A stretch of DNA of 64,000 bases from Myxococcota bacterium (GTDB lineage Bacteria > Myxococcota_C > UBA6777), in assembly GCA_023150835.1 (NCBI GenBank), contig JAKLKB010000017.1, positions 1 to 64,000 of the forward strand, written 5' to 3'. The notes beneath the pieces were generated by a model that had not been told where the DNA came from, searched no databases, and saw only the letters and a list, made by a program, of their open reading frames with translations. Both the position numbers and the translations under genes were made by a program. Shown here piece by piece: positions 29,905 through 38,019 of this stretch (the stretch's first letter is position 1; every line of letters starts with the position of its first letter).

Positions 29905-30639
29905 TCAAGGCTTCTTTTTGCTGTCGAGTTTCGCAAGTTCGTCTTCGTAAGTTTTGAACAGAAACGCGAGCCGCTCTGGTTGTTCAAAAAGAGCAAGCGA
30001 CGCGGATTGTTGGAGCGCACGCAACAGTCGATAGAAACGGAGGCGGGCTTGTTGCTCGGCGCGTGTGTTTTTTGCGGTGGGTTGTTTGCTTTGATGTTCC
30101 AGCGCGGCGAGTTGGTTGATGAGCGCTTCCATCTCAAGGCCCACGTCAGCAAGGTTTTGGATAAGCTGCGCAGCAGAAAAGGTTTCTGCACCGAGTGAAA
30201 GAGTAAAGGAAGAAAGCTCTTGTTTGAGAGCAGGTTGCAAGAGAAGTTCTCCGATGCGGATGGCTTCGCCAGCTTCTTTGTCGAAGGACTCGTTGACGAT
30301 CTTGAGCCGTGTGGGGAAAAGTTGCTGTTGAAGTTCACGCCAACGCTGTTTGGCGGGATCGGTGGAAGCAAGATACGCACCCGTTTCGAGGAGATAAAAA
30401 AGAGCGCGGCGCAAGAGATCATGCCGCGCATCCAAGGCATGAAGAGACTCGCGCAAGAGGGCTTCTTGTTTGGATAGATGGGCTGGGTTGGGCGCGCTTT
30501 CGATGAGGGTTTGTCTGGTCTGTTCGATCTCTGGGATGAAGACTTGCAAAACAGGATGAAGAGACAAAACCTGTTCGCCTTCTTTGAGGAAATAAGCGCA
30601 GATAACGATCATGGAAGAAACGCTGAGTTTTCGCATCAA
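29905..30639 (-). CDS. Hypothetical alpha-helical protein inside the CRISPR locus
   Basis: 244-aa ORF with AGGAG RBS; Leu/Gln/Glu-rich; co-oriented with cas1-2-4 and the array. Confidence 0.75.
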   Translation of the reverse strand: MMRKLSVSSMIVICAYFLKEGEQVLSLHPVLQVFIPEIEQTRQTLIESAPNPAHLSKQEALLRESLHALDARHDLLRRALFYLLETGAYLASTDPAKQRWRELQQQLFPTRLKIVNESFDKEAGEAIRIGELLLQPALKQELSSFTLSLGAETFSAAQLIQNLADVGLEMEALINQLAALEHQSKQPTAKNTRAEQQARLRFYRLLRALQQSASLALFEQPERLAFLFKTYEDELAKLDSKKKP

Positions 30640-30858
30640 AGAGACTCCTGTGGATGGAAGCGAGCGGGCGCGATGACGAGAGGAAGTGGCCGCTCGTCAT
30701 CGTGAAAGCTCCTGTTGAAGCGGTATGAAGGAGCGAACCGATGGTGTCGATAGGGTGATGAGGCGGAGTTGATCGAGTTGTGGAGACCATGCCCAGTTGG
30801 ATGGTGGAGAGAGATAACATAGGAAAGAGGGAAAAAGCAAGCACCAAAAGCCGAGCGG

Positions 30859-31551
30859 TCAAACATGTGTGCAGATGTTTTTGTAGCAGCAATCAAGACA
30901 AGGCTGGGTAGTGGCAGCAGGGGGAGGGAAGAAGCCTTGTGTGCGGATGCGAAGCATGGTGTTGATCGAGCGATCGAGGAAAGCAAAAGCGTTTGCATCC
31001 AAAGGAACCTCGACGAAGTGGTTTTGGCTGCGGACGTAAACGAGAAAGCCACGAGATACAGGCTTGTCAAAGTTTTCTTGGATCAGCCGAGCGTAAAAGG
31101 CGAGTTGTAAAAGATAAGTGTCGCGGACGCGCTCTTTCCAGACAGACCACTTATAATCAAGCGGAGCGGCAGAACCATCTTCGAGGAAAAGAACTTCGTC
31201 GATCTCACCAGCAAGTCGGCCTTGTTGGCCGTAAAGTTTGACAGCGATCTTTCGATCCACGCAACCGATTTTTTTGCGGAGATAGCGAAGGTTGACTTGC
31301 TGCTTTTCTTCGTGGACTTCGCGGCCTTTGAGGACAAGGGCGCGCTTTTCTTGATGTTCGGGGATATCGAGAAATTGCTCGAAATAAGTGAACCGAGGGC
31401 AAAATCCATAAGCGAGCAGATCGGTTGCACAGACGGCAGCTTCCGTCCACCAAGGCAAGGGGGCGGGGTGCTCTTGGGGAGGTGCCGCTGGAGGTTGAGG
31501 TGCGGCAAGGATCTGCGGGTGGGGATGTGGAGCGGAGGGGGGTGTAGTCAT
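30859..31551 (-). CDS. cas4: CRISPR-associated exonuclease Cas4
   Basis: Start re-set to MTTPPS (GGAG RBS). FCPR, GEID, DYK and QLAFY motifs, and a C-terminal CxxCxYxxxC Fe-S cluster motif. Confidence 0.92.
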   Translation of the reverse strand: MTTPPSAPHPHPQILAAPQPPAAPPQEHPAPLPWWTEAAVCATDLLAYGFCPRFTYFEQFLDIPEHQEKRALVLKGREVHEEKQQVNLRYLRKKIGCVDRKIAVKLYGQQGRLAGEIDEVLFLEDGSAAPLDYKWSVWKERVRDTYLLQLAFYARLIQENFDKPVSRGFLVYVRSQNHFVEVPLDANAFAFLDRSINTMLRIRTQGFFPPPAATTQPCLDCCYKNICTHV

Positions 31552-31648
31552 GGATCTCTCCGGATAGGTTGTTGACAAAGAGAGGGTATGTTCGGGGCTA
31601 CCGTGCTCGCCCTGCTCTTGCGGGATGTTGAGGGCAAAGGAAAGCCGT

Positions 31649-31939
31649 TTAAAAGAAAAGTTCGTTGATCTGATCCGTGACGAGGCGGCGGTCAAAGTCT
31701 TTGCCGACAACGCGCATCTTTTCAAAGTCGTCAAGGGAAAGAGGGACAAGATAGATGCGATCGGTTTCGGGCTGTATCCATGTTTCAAAGAGCAAAAGTA
31801 GCTCGGAGAGGCGTGGAGATTCGAGGCAGCCGAGGAAGACGCTTTCTTGGACGCGATAAAGGCCCGAACGTTGGCATTGTTTGGCGACGCGATTTCGAGC
31901 GTTGTCGTCGGAGATATCGTAGATAATCCATGTGAGCAT
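31649..31939 (-). CDS. cas2: CRISPR-associated endonuclease Cas2
   Basis: IIYDISDD..R.RVAK..GL.RVQESVF. Confidence 0.95.
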   Translation of the reverse strand: MLTWIIYDISDDNARNRVAKQCQRSGLYRVQESVFLGCLESPRLSELLLLFETWIQPETDRIYLVPLSLDDFEKMRVVGKDFDRRLVTDQINELFF

Positions 31940-31950
31940 GAGGGAACCCC

Positions 31951-33042
31951 CTAGAATTCTTGGACGTCCATGTGCCAGCCGTGTGGTGTGAGTTGGCCTT
32001 GGAGGAATAGATTGGCGAGGCGATGGGCTTCTTGTTGTGGGATGTTGGCGCGAGAGAGGTTGCGTTTTTTGTGTCGAATGGTCTCGCTGAGATGTTCGTT
32101 GAAGGCGGGGAGGAGGAGTTTTTTACCAGCCTCGTTGAGGAAGACGCCTTCGGGCTTGTGGTCGAAATGTTCGCTTTGGGCCTTGAGTCGGGTGAAGAGG
32201 TAGGTGACGACTTGGTCAGCCCAAGAACGGAAAGGCTCGATCAGATCGCAGACGAGAGCGGGTCGATGGGGATCTTCGGTGTGAAAGAGACCGACATAGG
32301 GGTCGAGGCCGGCGAGCAGGCAAGCGCGTTCGATGCGGCTGTATAGGATGCCGTAGGCGTAATTGAGCATCGCATTAAAGGGATCGCGAGCGGGTCGGCG
32401 GGTACGGGCTTCAAAGCGATAACCGGCGGGGAGGAGTTCGGAAAGGCAACGGAAATAGGCTTGTGCGGCTTTGCCTTCAAAGCCCATGATCAGGGCGCGA
32501 AGAGCAGAGAGGCATTCGGCGTGTGGATGGGCGAGCGAGAGAGGTGTAGGAGAGAAGGGAGGATGTTCTTCGAGGAGGTCTTGGAGATCCGAAGAGAGGA
32601 GTCCATGGATCTGCTGTGAAGAATCATCACAGAGGGCGATAGCGTCGAGAAAGGGGGACTGGTTTTGCGGTCGGGCATCGGCGAGCTTGCGGAGGAATCG
32701 GCGCTGTGCTTGGATCTTTTCGCAGACAAATTCAGCGCCGAGACGGAAGCCGTAGGCAGAAGAAGAGAGAGAGAGCTGTTTTCTGCGGAGAGTGGCGTTT
32801 CGTCCTTGGCGTGCATACCAAAAGCGACCGATAGGATCGCCAAACTTATCGAGGATGGCGAGGTCGATGTTGTGTTCCATTGCGAGGACGATGGCTTGGG
32901 AAGTGATTTGGGCGTAGTGAGCGACAACGATGCTTTGGACTTTGAGGGGAGAGAGGAGCTTTTTTTGGTCGTCTTTGCGAAGAAGAAAGCAGTTATTTTC
33001 TTGGGCGAGAAGGACGCCGGGGCTGGTGAGAAGTAGCTGCAT
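31951..33042 (-). CDS. cas1: CRISPR-associated endonuclease Cas1
   Basis: Start re-set to MQLLLTSPG (AAGGAG RBS). MGFEGKAAQAYF, DPFNAMLNYAYGILY, GLDPYVGLFH, LVCDLIEPFR. Confidence 0.95.
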   Translation of the reverse strand: MQLLLTSPGVLLAQENNCFLLRKDDQKKLLSPLKVQSIVVAHYAQITSQAIVLAMEHNIDLAILDKFGDPIGRFWYARQGRNATLRRKQLSLSSSAYGFRLGAEFVCEKIQAQRRFLRKLADARPQNQSPFLDAIALCDDSSQQIHGLLSSDLQDLLEEHPPFSPTPLSLAHPHAECLSALRALIMGFEGKAAQAYFRCLSELLPAGYRFEARTRRPARDPFNAMLNYAYGILYSRIERACLLAGLDPYVGLFHTEDPHRPALVCDLIEPFRSWADQVVTYLFTRLKAQSEHFDHKPEGVFLNEAGKKLLLPAFNEHLSETIRHKKRNLSRANIPQQEAHRLANLFLQGQLTPHGWHMDVQEF

Positions 33043-33225
33043 GGTAGACTCCTTTGGAGCAGGTTTGTGTTGAAGGGTGCGCGATCTTGACCGGAGAAAG
33101 AAACGAAGGAGAGGCGCGGATTCTGACAAAGCGAAAAAAAAGGCTTGCGAAAGGGAAAGGATCGGTTTAAAACGAAAGGCACGAAAAAAAGCGAATCGGT
33201 GGAGGAACGGGTGGCACAGGAAAAC

Positions 33226-33909
33226 GTGAGCGAAGCGAAAGAAGTGGAGTTGGTGACGGTGCGGCTGCGTTTTAACGAGGATCTGCCATCGTTTCCGCCG
33301 CGAGCGAACTTGTTGCGAGGTGCGGTATGTCGTTGGTATCCAGAGGAAGGACTGTTGCACCAACACGAGGAAGGAAGGACAGCGTATCGTTATCCGCAGG
33401 TGCAGTTTCGTTGGCGGGATGGGCGTGGCTGGATCATCGGTGTGGGTGAAGGGGCGCATCTGGTGTTGCGGTTGCAGTTGTTGAGGCGGCTGCTGGTGTT
33501 GGGGGAATATGTGCGTCGGGTAGAACAAGTGGATATAGAGACGCGGTTGGTACGGTTGGAGGAGAGCGAGTGGGAAGAGCGTTATCGGTTGTGGTCGCCG
33601 CTGTTGCTATTTAATCAAGAGCGTTATCGAGATTATCTGGGGATGGACGAAGAAGGGCAGCAGCATGAGCGGGATCGGCTGTTGCGGAGCCAGATGTTGA
33701 TGATGTTGAAGGGTCTAGGAGTGTGGATAGATTGGGAGTTGGGAGCGCGATTGCAGGTGGAGCGAGAGGTGTATGTGACGCACAAAGGGGTGAAGATGTT
33801 AGGATTTATGGGAGAAGTGCAGACCAATTTAAAGATGCCGAGCCATTTAGCGGCAGGGCGCTCGATCTCGCATGGCTTCGGATGGATGGTGTCGGTAGAG
33901 GATCTGTAA
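33226..33909 (+). CDS. cas6: CRISPR endoribonuclease Cas6 (Cas6b-like; start uncertain)
   Basis: LRGA..LLHQH..YRYPQVQF and a C-terminal Gly-rich loop GRSISHGFG; first gene of the effector operon. Confidence 0.85.
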   Translation: MSEAKEVELVTVRLRFNEDLPSFPPRANLLRGAVCRWYPEEGLLHQHEEGRTAYRYPQVQFRWRDGRGWIIGVGEGAHLVLRLQLLRRLLVLGEYVRRVEQVDIETRLVRLEESEWEERYRLWSPLLLFNQERYRDYLGMDEEGQQHERDRLLRSQMLMMLKGLGVWIDWELGARLQVEREVYVTHKGVKMLGFMGEVQTNLKMPSHLAAGRSISHGFGWMVSVEDL

Positions 33910-34053
33910 TCGGCGGAGGATCTGTAGCTGGCAACGGGAAGAATTTGGGTTGGAAGAGGGATTTTGTCAGAAAGCAACAGGCCGCAGCGTTAGAGGGATG
34001 AGGTTCGAAGGAAAAAGAGCAAGATCAGCGGAAAAGGAAAGTGAGGAGCGGCG

Positions 34054-36138
34054 ATGTTTGGCGATATGCGTATGTTGGGGTTGTATTTTTTAGCGCAGAA
34101 ATTAGAGGTTGCTGAGGATGCGGATGTAGAGGCGTGGTATCAAGATATCCGTGAAAAAGAACGAGAGAAATTATTTCCGTATTTGGTGGAGGCGAGCGAG
34201 AAGATCGAACGCGGGTATGTGTTGTGGGCGGATCCAGAAGAGGAGGATCTAGCGCATCTTACGGCGGAAGAGTTGGGAGAAGAGGCGCGCAAAAAATATC
34301 CATTCAATCAGCCGACGGGTTCGCAATCGGCCCAATTGGGACCCGTGTTAAAGAGGACTTACGCAAAGGAAAAAGGGGCGGGCCCGAGCGCAAAGATTTT
34401 GGGAACAACGATGAAAGCGTTCGAGGAGATCGCGAACAGCGGGGAGGCGTGGTCGGGATATTTTGGGGAGGTTGTGGCGTTGTTGCGGCGTCGGAGGCTA
34501 CGGGTGGGTGAGAAGACGGTGGTGGTGGAGGGAGAACGGACGTTGTTGGAGGAAGCGGTGGAACGGATCGACGAGAAAAAAGGGACGGTTTTTTTGGCGG
34601 TGAAAGATCAGCAACGTCGCCTGCCGGGGGAAGTACCGGAGTATAAGGCTTATTTGAGCAAAGCACTCCAGCAATCGAAATACGCAACGATGGAAGCATC
34701 CTCGAAAAAAGGTTGCGTTTGCGCGATGTGCGGTGTGTTGGGTGAAGTGTATCCAAACGCCTTGAAGGGTGCGGGATTGAATTTTTTAAATGCAGATCGA
34801 CAAGGTGCCTTTCCGTCGTTGTTGCAGTCGAATGCTTGGAAGGCTTTCGCGCTGTGTTCGGGCTGTGCGGATCTGCTGTATGTATACAAAAATCATGTGG
34901 CGAGTGGGTTTCGAGCGCATCTGGCGGGAGAAGCAGCGCTGGTGATCCCGCATCTGGTGGGAGAGGTAAAGAACAGAAAAAAATGGATGAGGAGTTTAGA
35001 GCAATATCTGCGGCAGATCCAAAAGGGGGATGTGCATCGTTTGGAAGACAATCTGTTGAAATTTTTTGAGAAAGAAGAAGCGGTGGGTTCGGTGACGATC
35101 GTGTGGTTGGAGTTTGGCCAATTGATCGAAAAGCCGAAAGGGATGTTGGTGGATATCTTGCCGTCGCGTTTGGGGGAATTATCGAGAAAGATAGCAGAGG
35201 TGAACGAGAGTTGGAAAGCACCAGAGGTGCTGGTGTTTCCAAGGGAGATCCCCGAAAGTTATCAGATGGATCTGCATCAGAACGTATTAAAAGAACTGTT
35301 CAATCGACCGGGCGGAAAAAGTGCGAATGCGAAGAGCGATAGCGAGCGTTTGGGGGTATTGCGTCGTGAATTGTTGGGAGGGCTGTTGTACAAGCGAGCG
35401 TTAGAGGAGCGGCGGTTTTGGCAGGAGTGGTTGTTGACAGCGCAAGAATATCTGCGGGCGTGGGGGCAACAACAAAGTCCAAGCATCGGGTATTTTCTTA
35501 GTGAACCCCCATCGGCAGCGGTGATGGCGGAAAAGAAGGCGAAAAAACAGTCGGCGAAGAAAAGATCGCAAGCAGAGGGAGCGGAGGAAGGGAGTCCGTT
35601 GACGGAAAAGAAGGGCGGTCCGGCGTGGATGACGCTGGGTGGCTGGGTGAGGCATATTGCGCGGTACGTGTATTTTTTACGAAGCGAAGGGGTGTTTGAG
35701 ATGAAGGAGAGTGCGTACGAGCCGAGAGCAGAGGTGTTGAAGCCTTATTTGGGTGTGAAGAGCGGGATAGACAGCGACGAAAAAGCGTTTGCGTTTTTGT
35801 TGGGCGTGTTGTTTGGCAAGCTGTTGTCGGTGCAAGCGGGGCGAGGTGTGAATGTGGCGGCGAATGCGTTGACGTGGCTGAAAAGGTTAACGCTGCGTGG
35901 TCGGGATCTGCCTGAGTTGTACACGAACATCAGCGCGAAGCTGACGGATTATGGGACAGATGCAAGCGAGGCAGTTCGTGGGGTGTTGGCGGATGTTTCG
36001 GCGTTGGGTGTGCGATTGGGGAGTGAGATCGAGTTGGAGCAGACGCAGACGTGTTATTTTTTGCTGTTGGGGAAAGCGTTGTCAGCGCAGATCTTGCCGT
36101 CGGCAAAGCAGAAAGAAAAAGACGAGTCAGAGTCCTAA
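34054..36138 (+). CDS. cas8b: Type I-B large subunit Cas8b (TM1802/Csh1-like)
   Basis: Zn-finger CAMC..LCSGCA; C-terminal helical FLLGVLFGKLL.VQ domain; lies before cas7. Confidence 0.85.
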   Translation: MFGDMRMLGLYFLAQKLEVAEDADVEAWYQDIREKEREKLFPYLVEASEKIERGYVLWADPEEEDLAHLTAEELGEEARKKYPFNQPTGSQSAQLGPVLKRTYAKEKGAGPSAKILGTTMKAFEEIANSGEAWSGYFGEVVALLRRRRLRVGEKTVVVEGERTLLEEAVERIDEKKGTVFLAVKDQQRRLPGEVPEYKAYLSKALQQSKYATMEASSKKGCVCAMCGVLGEVYPNALKGAGLNFLNADRQGAFPSLLQSNAWKAFALCSGCADLLYVYKNHVASGFRAHLAGEAALVIPHLVGEVKNRKKWMRSLEQYLRQIQKGDVHRLEDNLLKFFEKEEAVGSVTIVWLEFGQLIEKPKGMLVDILPSRLGELSRKIAEVNESWKAPEVLVFPREIPESYQMDLHQNVLKELFNRPGGKSANAKSDSERLGVLRRELLGGLLYKRALEERRFWQEWLLTAQEYLRAWGQQQSPSIGYFLSEPPSAAVMAEKKAKKQSAKKRSQAEGAEEGSPLTEKKGGPAWMTLGGWVRHIARYVYFLRSEGVFEMKESAYEPRAEVLKPYLGVKSGIDSDEKAFAFLLGVLFGKLLSVQAGRGVNVAANALTWLKRLTLRGRDLPELYTNISAKLTDYGTDASEAVRGVLADVSALGVRLGSEIELEQTQTCYFLLLGKALSAQILPSAKQKEKDESES

Positions 36139-36197
36139 ATTCGGTTTATTGAGGCACGTAGGGCATTTGTGATTGGACAAAAAGAGAGGAAAAGGCG

Positions 36198-37166
36198 ATG
36201 GAGAAGCAGGTGTTGGAACAGCGGCATGAGATCTTGTATTTGTACGATGCGCGGATGGGGAATCCGAACGGAGATCCGAGCGAGAATCGCCCGCGAGTGT
36301 TGCCGGATGGGACGCATTATGTGACGGATGTGCGGCTGAAGCGGTTTGTGCGGGATTTTTTGAGTGGGCAAGGACAGGATATCTTGGTGGATACGCGGGA
36401 GAAGACGACAAATTTGACGGGTCGGGTGCTGGCGTATTTGGAGAAGACGGGAAAAAAAGAAGCCAACGGAAAAGAATTGGTGGATATCTTGTTGGAGAGC
36501 TTTGTGGACGCACGGTTGTTTGGGTCGTCGTTGGCGTTTAAGGAGAGAGAGAAGGACGGGGCGAAGGAGAAGGAGAAGGTGAAGTTGGAGGCGGATCCGA
36601 AGACCTTGACGGGTGCGGTGCAGTTCAATCATGGGGAAGTGCTGCACAAAGCAGAGGAAGTCGATATCTACGGGACATCGGTGTTTGGGAGCACGGAAGA
36701 AAAGAAGCAAGGGACGTTTACGTCGTATCACGGGTTGCGTTATGCGCTGATCGGGTTTCATGGTGTGGCAAACGAGCACAACGCGAAGCGAACGCGGATG
36801 ACGCAAGCGGATTACGATACGTTGTTGGGAGCGTTGTGGAAAGGAGTGCGCTCGGCGGCGAATACGCGAACGAAGATGGGGCAGATGCCGCAGTTGTTGG
36901 TGAGTGTGCGATACAAAAAAGCAGCGGAGTTTCAGTTGGGGGGGATGTTGCCGTATGTGCGACTGGTGGGTGTGGATGGGAAGGCAGAGACGGCGTGGTC
37001 GTGTGCGGCGGATTATCGGGTGGATTTGAGTCGGTTGGTGGATCGGTTGAAGTACTTTCAGAGCAAAGTAGACAAGGTGTTTTATCAGGTGTCGCCCGAT
37101 CTACAGTGGGAGTCGAATCCAACGGAGGGTTGGGAAGCGTTGGATCTGGAAGGTCTCAAAGGCTAG
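36198..37166 (+). CDS. cas7: Type I-B Cas7 (Csh2 family)
   Basis: LYLYDARMGNPNGDP.ENRPR, VTDVRLKR, DARLFG, TGAVQF. Confidence 0.93.
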   Translation: MEKQVLEQRHEILYLYDARMGNPNGDPSENRPRVLPDGTHYVTDVRLKRFVRDFLSGQGQDILVDTREKTTNLTGRVLAYLEKTGKKEANGKELVDILLESFVDARLFGSSLAFKEREKDGAKEKEKVKLEADPKTLTGAVQFNHGEVLHKAEEVDIYGTSVFGSTEEKKQGTFTSYHGLRYALIGFHGVANEHNAKRTRMTQADYDTLLGALWKGVRSAANTRTKMGQMPQLLVSVRYKKAAEFQLGGMLPYVRLVGVDGKAETAWSCAADYRVDLSRLVDRLKYFQSKVDKVFYQVSPDLQWESNPTEGWEALDLEGLKG

Positions 37167-37187
37167 GCCCGGAAAGAAGCGTGGGCG

Positions 37188-37943
37188 ATGAAAGTTCTAT
37201 CGTTTCGGTACAGTGGTCGATTTGGTTTGTTTGTGCGTGCAGAGTCGAAAGTGTCGTGGCTGAGTTATCCTGTGCCACCGCGCACAGCGTTGTTGGGGCT
37301 GTTGGGTGCGGTGCTGGGTTTGGAAAAAGATGCACCGCAAGGGTTGTTGGGCGGAGCTTTTGTGGGGATAAAAGGCGAACATCCGCGAACGCACTGGCAC
37401 CATGCCCAACTGCACAAGAGGCTGTTTCCGCAGCCGCAGCCGAAGCAGGTGAAGTGGACGAAGAAAAAAGCCGATTTGGAAAGCAAAGAAGAGAAAGAGG
37501 CGAAGGGCAACACAGATCTGCCGACATTGATGATGCAAGAGTGGTTGTTGTGGCCGGATTATCAGGTGTTTACGGGATTACCGTCGCCGTACCACGAAGA
37601 ACTGAAAGAGCGGTTGATAGAGAGGCGTTGGTGTTATGGGGTGAGTTTGGGTTTGAGCGAGATGTTGGGGGATCTCGAATACATAGGAGAAGAAGAGTCG
37701 GAGCGTTGTAGTGGAGGAGTGTACGATATCGCGACGGTGTGTCGGATGGATGAAGGGGAGCTTGAGGCGAAAGAGGCGTTGGATAGGAGGTTGTATTTGC
37801 AACAGCTTCAGATGCCGCGTGAGGTGACGGAGGATAGGGTGTTTACGATGTGTTCGTATCTCGCGGAGCGTCGTGGGCAAGCGCTACCAGTTCGGACGCA
37901 AAGTGCCTATCATTGGGGGGAATCATACATCAGCTTTTTGTGA
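37188..37943 (+). CDS. cas5: Type I-B Cas5
   Basis: G.FGLF....LSYPVPPRTALLGLLGAVLG; C-terminal LGLSEM. Confidence 0.92.
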   Translation: MKVLSFRYSGRFGLFVRAESKVSWLSYPVPPRTALLGLLGAVLGLEKDAPQGLLGGAFVGIKGEHPRTHWHHAQLHKRLFPQPQPKQVKWTKKKADLESKEEKEAKGNTDLPTLMMQEWLLWPDYQVFTGLPSPYHEELKERLIERRWCYGVSLGLSEMLGDLEYIGEEESERCSGGVYDIATVCRMDEGELEAKEALDRRLYLQQLQMPREVTEDRVFTMCSYLAERRGQALPVRTQSAYHWGESYISFL

Positions 37944-38019
37944 GAGAGGAAGACCTCGTTGTGTTGTGATCGGGTGAGCGTGGGAGATCATTCTTTAGCT
38001 TTTTGCGAGAGAGGGAAAG

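Noticed and set aside
29475-30440. ORFs spanning the 42-bp repeat (29475..30440 -, 29512..30198 +, and others)
   Set aside because: They stay open only because the unit length is a multiple of 3 and lacks stops; they overlap the better-supported 244-aa gene and have no clear RBS.
33042-33528. Long N-terminal extension of Cas1 (525-aa ORF) suggesting a fusion
   Set aside because: The extension is the antisense of cas6 and the promoter region; the real start with AAGGAG RBS is at 33042. No RT or Cas6 fusion.
33910-34053. cas6-cas8b intergenic gap as a creTA-like RNA toxin-antitoxin
   Set aside because: I found no repeat-like sequence in the gap, only a short duplication of the cas6 end.
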